Assembly: GCF_006345805.1 (NCBI RefSeq)
Contig: NC_043020.1
Span: 8,060,001-8,124,000, forward strand
Direction of reading: 5' to 3'
From: Octopus sinensis
Lineage: Eukaryota
Length of the DNA: 64,000 nt
The position numbers and the translations under genes are program-made. The notes beneath the pieces were generated by a model that ran no database searches, had not been told where the DNA came from, and saw only the letters and a program-made list of their open reading frames with translations. Of the stretch, positions 13,300 through 25,030 are shown piece by piece (the stretch's first letter is position 1; each line of letters begins with the position of its first letter).

Positions 13300-13430
13300 G
13301 TAAAGGGTCAAAACCCCTTCAGTCATGAATGACCATGGGATTGCATCTAGAAAGTTACTCCCTGAGGCACAAGTCCAGGCAATGTTGTTTATGGAAGAGT
13401 AGCAGCAGCCCATGCATAACAGCCACTCTT
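13300..13430 (-). mobile_element. 3' part of the CORE-type SINE seen at 29102
   Basis: CATGAATGACCATGGGATTGCATCTAGAAAGTTA is the reverse complement of ~29389-29421. Confidence 0.55.
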
Positions 13431-13439
13431 GTACATACC

Positions 13440-13830
13440 TCTTTTACTCTTTTACTCTTTTACTTGTTTCAGTCATTTGACTGCGGCCATGCTGGAGCAC
13501 CGCCTTTAGTCGAGCTAATCGACCCTGGGACTTATTCTTTGTAAGCCCAGTACTTATTCTATCGGACCCTTTTGCCAAACTGCTATGTGACAGGGATGTA
13601 AACACACCAGCATCGGTTGTCAAGCAATGCTAGGGGGACAAACACAAACACACAAACATATACACACACATATATATATACATATATACGACAGGCTTCT
13701 TTCAGTTTCTGTCTACCAAATCCACTCACAAGGCATTGGTCGGCCCGGGGCTATAGCAGAAGACACTTGCCCAAGATGCTATGCAGTGGGACTGAACCCG
13801 GAACCATGTGGTTGGTTAGCAAGCTACTTA
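13440..13830 (-). mobile_element. Family B SINE, slightly 5'-truncated
   Basis: (CTTTTACT)n tail and family B body. Confidence 0.85.
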
Positions 13831-14185
13831 CATTAAATTTCACAAAGAAACGTCTGACAGTGACTTCAAAGTTTGGCTTGCTTGTCTTCAATTTAATAAA
13901 TCTGTACTTAACTAAAAAGCATAGAGTAATTTCTTCAGTGTTTGATGCTAAGACTAAATTGCTTTTATATATAACTTTATAAAAAGCAAACAGTAACACA
14001 CTCATTTACATAAATATTAGATATTATAAGCATTATTAATATGCTCACTTTATTGGCAAATATATGAGTGGCTGTTTTTTTTTCCTAACATAGATTTTTA
14101 GACGACTGTATGAATATAAACTTGGTGGAAATTTTACTACTTGTATATGTTGTGGTGAAATTTTCCTGTTTGGGGTTGGACTTAA

Positions 14186-14630
14186 CCCTTTAGTGTTTAA
14201 CCCTTTAGTGTTCAGATTATTCTATCAAACATAATGCTTATTGATTCCCATTGATTTGAATTAATCATGCATTATCTCATATCTTCAAGATCTTGATGGT
14301 GTAATTACTTAATATAGAATAACATTGTAGGGTAGGTGTGAGAGCCTGGATCTGGTCAGTTTGAACATAAAACAGATTAAATATTTTGGCCGGATATGGC
14401 CGGTTTAAATACTAAAGGGTTAAACCAGCTGTATCCAGCCCAAATATTCTGCTCATTTTATGCTCAAACTGGCCAGAACCAGCATCTCACACCTACCCTG
14501 CAATGTCATTCTAAAAATAAGCAATTACATTTTTCAAATCTTGAAGTTACAAGATAATACCAGATTAATTTTTATTTAAATGTAAATGATAAAAGATTAC
14601 TTTTGACATATTAATTTGAACACTAAAGGG
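14186..14630. mobile_element. Two nested TTAA-targeting (piggyBac-like) MITEs; inner copy 14201-14419 in opposite orientation
   Basis: TTAA|CCCTTTAGT...ACTAAAGGG|TTAA termini for both; TTAA at 14182, 14197, 14420, 14631; inner and outer bodies are reverse complements. Confidence 0.8.
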
Positions 14631-14713
14631 TTAAACCTCACATACAAACACACAATAGGGCACTTCTTACCGATTATAGTACATACCTATCAATTCACTC
14701 TTCTCAATTCCAC

Positions 14714-14905
14714 ATGTACCACAGGGTCTGCAAATCTCAAAGAGACCTAAAGAAGCATTTTAAGGTTCATCGACATCAGACACCACAGCCAGTTCAAACT
14801 GCACCAAAACAAGTGCGCAATTTATGTGGATGTCTTATTAAAAGTATGTGTGGTCTAGGAAGCCACATAAGGTCTCATGCCAAAGCTGAGTGTCTTATGC
14901 ACTGA
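14714..14905 (+). pseudogene. Degenerate double C2H2 zinc-finger relic, possibly an RTE-type LINE ORF2 C-terminus
   Basis: HRVCKSQRDLKKHFKVH and RNLCGCLIKSMCGLGSHIRSH resemble C2H2 fingers that have lost first cysteines. Confidence 0.4.
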
Positions 14906-15013
14906 AGTGGTCAAGCTTTGTATTGAGCAGATAGCCATCTCATGTATATATTTGTGTGTGCATGCATGTGTGTTTGTGTGGGTGGGTCTATGTAGATATA
15001 TATATATATATAT

Positions 15014-15375
15014 AATATTATTAGAGACAAAACCACTATTTTGCAAAACAAACAAGGAAAGACTTAATCAATACATAAAATTTTAATAAATAGTCAAAAA
15101 AACCGCCACTACAATCGTTTCTTGTCTTGATCGACATAATTTGACACTGAATTATTGGAAGTCCGCCTGAAGATTGTCGATCAAGACAAGAAACGATTGT
15201 AGTGGCGGTTTTTTTGACTATTTATTAAAATTTTATGTATTGATTAAGTCTTTCCTTGTTTGTTTTGCAAAATAGTGGTTTTGTCTCTAATAATATTTTA
15301 TAATATTTTACTATAAAATTGGATTTAATCCTAAATCTGATTTTTTCCCTGTAAAGTTGGATTTATTCCCTAATA

Positions 15376-15380
<5 letters not shown>
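15014..15380 (+). mobile_element. Penelope-like element end with 123 bp inverted arms, inserted in (TA)n
   Basis: Arms 15014-15136 and 15175-15297 are reverse complements; unique flank 15298-15380 matches 25031-25110 in reverse; contains hammerhead motif. Confidence 0.65.
15163..15205 (+). ncRNA. Minimal type I hammerhead ribozyme motif
   Basis: CCGC-CUGAAGA-UUGUC(GAUCAA)GACAA-GAAA-C(GAUU)GUA-GUGG: stem I 4 bp with one GU, stem II 5 bp, short stem III, GUA cleavage triplet. Confidence 0.65.
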
Positions 15381-15417
<37 letters not shown>

Positions 15418-15590
15418 TCAGATTCAGAGAGAGAGTGAGAAAAAGAAAGATGGCCCTGGAACAGATAATAATTGCAATCTTTTAGCCTCGTTTAAATCAC
15501 AGACAATGTAGTCTTGTTCCTTTAATTAAATCAATTCAATTATGAATATGCAATTACATGTGCCACACTGAGAATATTATTTGTCTGCAG

Positions 15591-15693
15591 TGATAGCCAT
15601 GGTGGTTTGTCGGATGGACATGATGGTGATGGCAGTGACCACGGTGACGACGGTGGGGGTTTTGGTGACAGTGGAAGTGATTGTTTCAGTTAA
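15591..15693 (+). CDS. Candidate Gly/Asp-rich terminal exon (DSHGGLSDGHDGDGSDHGDDGGGFGDSGSDCFS*)
   Basis: TTATTTGTCTGCAG acceptor then a GC-richer open frame to TAA; no upstream partner exon found. Confidence 0.25.
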
Positions 15694-16242
15694 CCTTTTG
15701 GCCTGTCTACACAAGAAGTTATTCAAGCAGGCACCAAATAATTGTTCTGGTTTAATATTACATTTTAGCACATGGCAGGAATGTAATATTCTATGAAATA
15801 TCTTTGAAACTCATTACAAGATTCTAGTCGCCACCACCACCAACAACAACAACTATATAATTATATTTATTGTATTTATATATGAATTTTATATTGTGGT
15901 TTGTGAACAGGAGTGTTATTGGTTGAAATGTTCCAATGGGCCATTCATTGCATTTCTGGCAGCAGCAGTGACAAGGGAGTATTTGTAACTCAGTAAAGAA
16001 CATATATCTCAATGTACTCTGTTTGAAACACAGCGGTTTTTGAAAAGTACTTCACTGAAATACATCAGGGGAAGCTATACACATACAGAAATACATATAT
16101 ATATAGCAGTTTGGCAAAAGAGACCGGTAAAATAAGTACTAGGCTACTTCTGAAAGGGCCTTATGGGAGAAGTGCTTGAGGATTTTGACCTCACAACCCT
16201 CTCAGGAATAGTGGGTGGAGTAGATCAAAGGGTCGATATATT

Positions 16243-16278
<36 letters not shown>

Positions 16279-16916
16279 GGATAGATGTGTGTGTATACAC
16301 ACGTGGATGTGTATGTATATATATATATATACACACACACATGTATGTGTGTTTTGATATATGTATATGCATACATATACTCACACACACACATGTATGT
16401 ATGTATGTATGTATGTATGTATGTATGTATGTATGTATATATGCATGTATATAAGCACGCGCGTGTGTGTGTATATGTGTGAGGCGTTATTCTGATGTTA
16501 TTATATTATATGCATGGAGTACTGTTTTGTCGTTGTCTGAACACACATTCACTCATATTCCATACAATTGTTAGTTTTTTTATAAGTTATAATTTTTTCT
16601 TTTCTTTTCCTTCACTTCCTTCTCTTTTGGTCCCTTACTTATACTCCGCTTTCATTTTTAATCTCACCCCATTTCAAAGTCAGTAGAAAGAATGAAAGAG
16701 AGAAATGAAATGAAATGAAAAATTCCAAGCCTGTAAATGTTGTAGCTTGCTGAGTTACCTCCCTTCACACAGCAGAAACAAAACTTCCTCGAGCAAACGA
16801 TTATACTTTACTTCCAGCCCCCAAAGACCTGTAGGAACTTGGGCTTATATCTGAGTTCTTCGGTATTAAGGAGTTGAGGAAGTGAGCCTTTTTCGTTGGG
16901 TCATTATATCCAAGTT

Positions 16917-17311
16917 TGTGGAGGCGCAATGGCCCAGTGGTTAGGGCAGCGGACTCGCGGTCATAGGATCGCGGTTTCGATTCCCAGACCGGGCGTTGTG
17001 AGTGTTTATTGAGCGAAAACACCTAAAAAGCTCCACGAGGCTCCGGCAGGGGATGGTGGTGATCCCTGCTGTACTCTTTCACCACAACTTTCTCTCACTC
17101 TTACTTCCTGTTTCTGTTGTACCTGTATTTCAAAGGGCCGGCCTTGTCACTCTCTGTGTCACGCTGAATATCCCCGAGAACTACGTTAAGGGTACACGTG
17201 TCTGTGGAGTGCTCAGCCACTTACACGTTAATTTCACGAGCAAGCTGTTCCGTTGATTCGGATCAACCGGAATCCCCGTCGTCGTAACCGACGGAGTGCT
17301 TCCATCCATCC
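16917..17311 (+). mobile_element. Family C tRNA-derived SINE, full length
   Basis: A-box TGGCCCAGTGG, D-arm GCCC/GGGC, B-box-like GGTTTCGATTCC, (ATCC)n tail; TSD ATATCCAAGTTT on both sides. Confidence 0.85.
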
Positions 17312-17429
17312 ATATCCAAGTTTAAAAGGGAGGTGAGGAGGGTCTCCCACTCAACACATGGAGAGAAAGGCTGACTACATGTTTTAAGTTATACAATTCC
17401 ATTCACATCCTGAGTGTTTTATCTTACAT

Positions 17430-17790
17430 GTCTTTTACATGGTTCGGTCATTGGACTACTACCATGCTGGAGCACTGCCTTGGAGGGTTTAGTTGAACAA
17501 ATCAACCCCAGTACTTATTTTAATATTTGTTACCTATTCTATTGTTCTCTTGCTGGACTGCTAGGCTATGGGGGATGTAAACAAACCAACACCATTTGTC
17601 AAGCAATGGTGGAGGACCACCTGAAACACACATACACATGGGATGAACTTTTACGCAGTTTCCATCTAGCAGATTCACTCACAAGGCATTGGTCAGCCCA
17701 GGGCTATTGGAGAAGACACAACCTGAGGTGGTTTGTAGTGGGACCAAACCTGAAGAAATTGTGTGGTTGTAAAGCAAGCTCAAACCCCTC
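17430..17790 (-). mobile_element. Old diverged family B SINE
   Basis: Recognisable CATGCTGGAGCACTGCC and CACTCACAAGGCATTGGTC segments. Confidence 0.65.
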
Positions 17791-18574
17791 TCTTTGACTT
17801 GTCCCTTGTTTTATCAATCCTTGAAATGAATGGTTATCCAGTAAATGAGACATTAGGCAAAATTCTTTCCCCCTTAATGCACGATAAAGGGCCATTGCTA
17901 AAAACAACTCTACTGGATCTACCAATCCCACTGAATTCTGTGATTTAGTCAAGAGGTATTTCCACAGATCGTCATCGTCATCTTCATCATTTAATATCAG
18001 TTTTCCATGCTGGCATGGGTTGGATGGTTTGACAGGAACTAGCAAGCCACAGGATTGTGTTGAGCTCCAATGTCAGCTTTGGCATGGTTTCTATGACCGG
18101 ACACTCTTCCTGACTCCAACTACTTTTCAGTGTGTACAGGGTTTTTTTGGGGTTTTTTTTTTTTTTTTTGCCACCAGCACTGGTGAAGTTGCTAGGCAAC
18201 TTGTAAGACAAGAAAGAACATGAGAGGGGAAAAAGGGGGGAAATCCATCCCCTTGTTGTGAGGGTGGGTGGCAGAGATAGTTATGTGCCATGTGTTGAAG
18301 GCTTTAAAATTTATGACAGAGGATCAAATCACTACATAAGTGATCTTAATCATTTGTCATTCATAGTGGGTCGGACTGCATTCACTAAGTCCAGTACCAG
18401 TAATAACAAGGGGACAGAGAGGGAGCATATGAGACAACCATCCAGGATGTCAGCAGTTTGAATAACTTTAATCTTCGTTGTTTCTTCTGGGTTTATAAGG
18501 AGCAGGTGTTCCAGCCATGCCCATCCCGTCCTTTCATCAGTCACACATAGGATAACTTGAACTACATTATCTTA

Positions 18575-18925
18575 TCTTTTATCTTTTACTTGTTTCAGTC
18601 ATTGGACTGCAGCCATTCTGGGGAATTGTCTTGGAGATCTTTAATTGAACAAATCCACCTCCATATTTCTTTTTATTGGTATCTTTTGTTGAACTGTTAA
18701 GTTATGGGGACGTAAACACACTAACACCAATTGTCACGCAGTGGTGGGACACACACACATGCACACACACCAGGCTTCTTTCAGCCTCTATCTGCCAAAT
18801 CCACTTGTAAGACTTTGGCCAGACCAAGGCTGTAGTAGAAGACATTTGCTCAAGGTGCCACACAATGGGACTGAACCGAGAACCATGTGGTTGGGAAGCA
18901 CAGTTCTTACAACATATCCATGCCT
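18575..18925 (-). mobile_element. Diverged family B SINE
   Basis: TTTTACTTGTTTCAGTCATTGGACTGC...GGGACTGAACCGAGAACCATGTGG. Confidence 0.7.
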
Positions 18926-19413
18926 ACGTGTCATTGTTTTGGTTTTTTAACATGGCAAAGTGTGTTTGAGAGAAATTTGGCTGCTATTTTTAGCGCATTG
19001 AGTGTCCATATAAAGCAATTATATGCAAACTGCAGCTCACAGAAGTTTCTGAATGGCATGCCAAATAAAAAATTAATATTTCATGCTGATCAAATAAAAC
19101 CTATTGAGATTCAGATACTGACTTTGCTTATGTCATTCTGATCCGACAGATCTATAGTCAAAATTATTCCAGATGTGACCAACCCATTTGTTTTTTTGTT
19201 TTTTTTTTGTAGAAATACTCTTACATTATCGAATATATTCAATCTTTTTTCTTTTGTCGAAGATAGTAGGGTCTTGATTTTGAGATTGATTTGGCTACTA
19301 ATTCTATCAGGTCACCCTAACTCTCAGAATTTCCTTCTGTGAGTCTGTAACGCCCTAGATATGCTACATAGCTGCAATGCCCCGCCCCCCATCGACCCCC
19401 CCCCCTTCCTCAC

Positions 19414-19660
19414 CTATTTCTTTACTACCCACAAGGGGCTAAACACAGAGAGGACAAACAAGAACAGTCAGATAGATTAAGTCAATTACATCGACCCCCC
19501 CCCCTCCCCAGTGCGTAACTGGTACTTATTTAATCGACCCCGAAAGGATGAAAGGCAAAGTCAACCTCGGCAGAATTTGAACTCAGAATGTAACGGCAGA
19601 CGAAATACCGGTAAGCATTTTGCCCAGCGTGCTAACAATTCTGCCAGCTCGCCACCTTGC
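19414..19660 (-). mobile_element. Family A SINE (A1)
   Basis: Full body; TSD CCCTTCCTCACC at both ends. Confidence 0.8.
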
Positions 19661-19749
19661 CCCTTCCTCACCCTTTTCGCTGTCAGGCTGTGTTGTGATG
19701 GTACCTGAAAAATCTTAATCCTCAACGGTTCAGCATACTTAGTTTTAGA

Positions 19750-19787
19750 TAGGTCAGTTACTGAAAGAAGCCTGCCGTATATATACA

Positions 19788-19826
<39 letters not shown>

Positions 19827-20000
19827 TTGATGATTGGTGTTGGTTTGTTTATGTCCCTGTAACCTAACAGTTTGGCAAAAGTAATTGATAGAATAAGTAC
19901 CAGGCTCCAAAAAATACACCCTGAGGTTGATTTGTTCAACTAAAATCATTGAAGGTGGTGCCCCAGCATGGCCACAGTCAAGTGAGTGAAACAAGTAAAA
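19750..20000 (+). mobile_element. Family B SINE, 3' half
   Basis: CTGAAAGAAGCCTGCCG...GGTGGTGCCCCAGCATGGCCACAGTC. Confidence 0.7.
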
Positions 20001-20185
20001 GATGTATATTGTACTGTAAGGGTTGTAAGTAATATTGAAATATATTTTACTTAATGCAAACTTTATTTGATGTTGAACTCAATACATTGGGTAGAGTTGA
20101 CAGATATATTTATCAAGCCAAATGTTGAAAGTCTACATGGAGTTTTGCCCTTGGCTGTTTGTGAATACATATGCATATATATATG

Positions 20186-20660
20186 TGTGGCTGTGTGGTA
20201 AGAAACTTGCTTCCCAACCACAGGGTTCCAGGTTCAGTCCCACTGCATGGTACCTTGACGAATGTCTTCTACTATAGCCTCGGGCTGACCAAAGCTTTGT
20301 GAATGAATTTGGTGGATGGAAACTGAAAGAAGCCTGTCGTATATGCATGTGTGTGCTTTCATGTATGTGTTTGTCCCCCAACCATAATTTGACAACCAAT
20401 GTTGGTGCGTTTACATCTCCATAACTTAGCGGTTTGGAAAAAGAGACTGATAGAATAAGTACTAGGTTTACAAAAAGTAAGTCCTAGGGTCGATTTTATT
20501 TGATGTTGAACTCAATACATTGGGTAGAGTTGACATATATTTATCAAGCCAAATGTTGAAAGTCTACGTGGAGTTTTGCCCTTGGCTGTTTGTGAGGTGG
20601 TACTCCAGTATGACCGCTGTCAAATGACTACAACAAGTAACAGAATAACAGAAAATGTGT
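20186..20660 (+). mobile_element. Family B SINE interrupted by a ~100 bp copy of its own upstream flank
   Basis: Body to ~20494, insert 20495-20595 matches 20062-20164, then 3' tail GGTGGTACTCCAGTATGACCGCTGTCAAATGACT. Confidence 0.75.
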
Positions 20661-21054
20661 GTGTGTGTGTGTTCGCGTGTATACATTATATATTCCACTA
20701 TATATGTAGTGGAAATGTGCAGTTACGTATATGAATTTAATTGTTTGGGGATTAATTGTAACTTTGATTTGATAAAAACAACAATGAAAACCATTTGAAA
20801 AAGAAATAGATATCACTGTATTTACATGTGGGAAAGACATCAGCTGGCAGCAATGTGGAAAGTCTGCCTGGGAAATCACTACAAAGTATCTGAGAGAGTA
20901 AGGATGGCAGCTAGGAGCGAGACGATTAAGCATTGACTTGTAACTGTTAGAGTGGTTGAAAATGTTGTGGCTGTGTCTCTCTGTTGTGTAAGAACAGGAC
21001 TGAAAGGGGTCGAATATGATGAGAATCACAAGAAAGAAACCAATGATTCAACCC

Positions 21055-21522
21055 TTTTGTTACTCTTTGCTCCTTTACTCTTCTACTTGTTTCAGTCATT
21101 TGACTGCGGTCATGCTGGAGCACCACCTTTAATCGAGCAACTCGACCCCGGGACTTATTCTTTTATAAGCCCAGTACTTATTCTATCGGTCTCTTTTGCC
21201 GAACCGCTAAGTAACGGGGACATAAACACACCAGCATCGGTTGTCAAGCAATGCTAGGGGGGACAAACAGACACACAAATATATACATACATACATGTGT
21301 GTGCATGTGTGTGCATATATATATATGTGTGTGTGTATAGAGAGAGAGAAAGAGAGAAGAGAGAGAGAGAGAGCTTTCAGTTTCTGTCTACCAAATTGAC
21401 TCACAAGGCTTTGGTTGGCCTGAGGCTATAGCAGAGGACACTTGCCCAAGGTGCCATGCAATGGGACTGAACCCAGAACCACGTGGCTGGGAAGCAAGCT
21501 TCTTACCACACAGCCACTCCTG
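21055..21522 (-). mobile_element. Family B SINE, full length
   Basis: Reverse complement of family B consensus. Confidence 0.85.
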
Positions 21523-21622
21523 TACCTTTGTTAACATTTTTCTAAGATAGAACATCCTGTTATCAAACCCTATTTTGTCCATGACTTCCTTGATTTTCCT
21601 CATTTGCATATCCATGCACACA

Positions 21623-21674
<52 letters not shown>

Positions 21675-22038
21675 ACACGCGCTTATATATGTGTAGGTGT
21701 GTAATGACGTCTCAATCATTAATAATAATGATAATTATCATCATCATCATCATAGAACAGTGCTAGGTGCAGCATTATATCTCAGAGAAATTTTCTCTTT
21801 AGAAGGTTTGTGTGTCACAAACACACTGTGCACTGTGTGACGTCATCTGGAGCATGCTGTGCTTTGCAGCACGCTGGGGTCTCTGAAGTGAAATTTATGA
21901 GATATAAGCATACAACCAGCACTGTTCTATGTTTGTGTGTACATTATTAATACCATACATGTCATTAATTTGACCAAATACTATTTCCCACTGCATTTCT
22001 TTATACATACATGCATAGACACAGGTAGACAGACAGAC

Positions 22039-22106
<68 letters not shown>

Positions 22107-22108
22107 GG

Positions 22109-22140
<32 letters not shown>

Positions 22141-22312
22141 GCAGACCGACAAACTGATAGACAGACAGACAGATAGATAGATAGAATGATATGTAGATAG
22201 ATAGAATGATAGATAGATAAACAGACAGAATGATAGATAGATAGATAGATAGATGGACAGACAGACAAACAGAATGATAGATAGACAGATAGAGAGAGAG
22301 ATATATATATTT

Positions 22313-22720
22313 TTTATTTCTTTACTACCCACAAGAGGGTAAACATAGAGGGACAAACAAGGACAGACAAAGGGATTAAATCGATTACATCGACCCCAGT
22401 GCGAAACTGGTACTTAATTTATCGACCCCGAAAGGATGAAAGGCAAAGTCGACCTCGACGGAATTTGAACTTAGAACGTAATGGCAGACGAAATACCTAT
22501 TTCTTTACTACCCACAAGGGGCTAAACACAGAGAGGACAAACAAGGACAGACAAAGAGATTAAATCGATTACATCGACCCCAGTGCGAAACTGGTACTTT
22601 ATTTATCGACCCCGAAAGGATGAAAGGCAAAGTCAACCTGGGCGGAATTTGAACTCAGAACGTAACGGCAGACGAAATACCGCTAAGCATTTCGTCCGGC
22701 GCACTAACGTTTCTGCCAGC
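22313..22720 (-). mobile_element. Head-to-tail dimer of family A1 SINE body
   Basis: Two ~180 bp bodies joined at CAGACGAAATAC|CTATTTCTTTACTACCC. Confidence 0.8.
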
Positions 22721-22944
22721 AGATAGATAGATAGATAGATAAAGATGTCAAAGGACATGTGATAGGCACATACTATAAGTAGTCAACCAAACCAGGTGTC
22801 TAAACTCTGATGTTAGGTGCAAGGGATGTCGGATCTGCATAAATAGCAGTTGGCTATAGGCAATCAGTATGAGCCTCTGGCTCCTTCCTGATTTCCTGCT
22901 ATATATTTTGCCCTGCATGTTAACAGTTCTGTCTATTTGCCACC

Positions 22945-23283
22945 GTGGAGGCGCAATGGCCCAGTGGTTAGGGCAGCGGACTTGCGGTCATAGGATCGCG
23001 GTTTCGATTCCCAGACCGGGCGTTGTGAGTGTTTATTGAGCGAAAATACCTAAAGCTCCACGAGGCTCCGGCAGGGGATGGTGGTGAACCCTGCTGTACT
23101 CTTTCACCACAACTTTCTCTCACTCTTACTTCCTGTTTCTGTTGTGCCTGTATTTCAAAGGGCCGGCCTTGTCACTCTCTGTGTCACGGTGAATATCCCC
23201 GAGAACTACGTTAAGGGTACACGTGTCTGTGGAGTGCTCAGCCACTTACACGTTAATTTCACGAGCAAGCTGTTCCGTTGAAC
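22945..23283 (+). mobile_element. Family C SINE, 3'-truncated
   Basis: Near-identical to 16917 copy up to GCTGTTCCGTTGA. Confidence 0.85.
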
Positions 23284-23754
23284 AACAAATACATAGCTAC
23301 CCGTCACTGTCTCTCATTAGTTACTATTTTATTGCATCTCTCATTCTGTTTCCCCTTCATCATAATCTCTTTCAACTATAACTCACCACCTTTGTCTGTC
23401 TGTTTGTGTCTGTCTCTTTTATCTCTATTCTATTCATACCCTTGGTCACAATTTCTTGAATGAACAGTGACATTATAGTTGCCAAGGACAAGGCAACACC
23501 TCAAGTGTTGGTGCCACAGTTACATATAACTTGTACATTCTATGAAGTAGTTGGTGTTATGGAATGTTGAATCATTCAAACAGTGATGTAAATGGAACAT
23601 ACAAGTGAAACACCTCTAGAAGGACAATAGCTCCAAAACAAATAGGGACTGGATTGGACAATGATGTGTCATCAAACATATGTGAGGATGGACGCAATTA
23701 TGATAACAATAGTAAAAATATTTATTGTGTGTATTGTTAAATAGACAGATGGAA

Positions 23755-24135
23755 TGGAAGTACTCCGTCGGTTACGACGACGAGGGTTCCGGTTGATCCG
23801 ATCAACGGAACAGCCTGCTCGTGAAATTAACGTGCAAGTGGCTGGGCACTCCACAGACACGTGTACCCTTAACGTAGTTCTCAGGGATATTCACCGTGAC
23901 ACAGAGAGTGACAAGGCCGGCCCTTTGAAATACAGGTACAACAGAAACAGGAAGTAAGAGTGAGAGAAAGTTGTGATGAAAGAGTACAGCAGGGGTCACC
24001 ACCACCCCCTGCCGGAGCCTCGTGGAGCTTTAGGTGTTTTCGCTCAATAAACACTCACAACGCTCGGTCTGGGAATCGAAACCACGATCCTACGACCGCG
24101 AGTCCGCTGCCCTAACCACTGGGCCATTGCGCTTC
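23755..24135 (-). mobile_element. Family C SINE, full length
   Basis: Reverse complement of family C; TSD TAAATAGACAGAT. Confidence 0.85.
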
Positions 24136-24369
24136 CTAAATAGACAGATATTACATGGAGGCAGATATCTATTCACCTATCTATTTCTATATATATATAT
24201 AATCATCATTGTTTTACTGTCCACTTTTCCATGCTTGTGTGGATCAGATGGAATTTACTGAGGCAGATTTCTGCAGCTGGATGCTCTTCCTGTCACCAAC
24301 CCTCATTTGTTTCCAAGCAAGGTAATATTTACAGATGGCCAGAAATGTTTCCACTAAATATTGGAACTG

Positions 24370-24560
24370 TGCAGGTGGCACGTAAAAAGCACCCACTACA
24401 CTCACGGAGTGGTCGGCGTTAGGAAGGGCATCCAGCTGTAGAAACATTGCCAGATAAGACTGGAGCCTGGTGCAGCCTTCTGGCTTCCCAGATTCCCGGT
24501 CGAACCGTCCAACCCATGCTAGCATGGGGAACGGACGTTAAATGATGATGATGATGATGA
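24370..24560 (+). mobile_element. Family D retroposon 3' end
   Basis: GGTGGCACGTAAAAAGCACCC...(TGA)n. Confidence 0.75.
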
Positions 24561-25030
24561 GTGACACTGCTTATATGACAGTGACACTCATTTACAACTG
24601 CTACACGACGTCAAAACAAGGTGGCCATGCTGGACCACTGAAATCCCTTTTTTTAATTTTTTGTTTATTTTCTCTTATTCCTTCCTGTTAAAGAGCATAG
24701 GCTCGAAATGTAAAAGACTTCTTCATTTCCCTGAGCATCAAACTAATACACTTGCTTGTTGTTCATACACCTGTCTTTGTCTTTTGTTTTTCTGTATATT
24801 TCAACTATAGATATTTATATATGTATATATGGGCTTCTTCACTTTCCATTTACCACATATACTCTCAAAGGTTTGGTCAGCTAGGGTCTTTGGTAGAAAA
24901 CAGTTGTTCAATGTGCCACACAGTGGTATCAAATGTAAAAGTATGCATTTGTGAAGCAAACTTCTGAGTCACACAGAGCCATATCTACACACACACACAA
25001 GTATATATACATATATATATGTATATATAT

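Noticed and set aside
16917-17000. tRNA gene call for family C, A and B heads
   Set aside because: A/B boxes and a D-arm are present but the anticodon and acceptor stems do not pair; they continue into SINE bodies with TSDs
17800-17950. NGYP motif suggesting a Penelope RT fragment
   Set aside because: Only four residues match; the surrounding sequence is not convincingly RT-like
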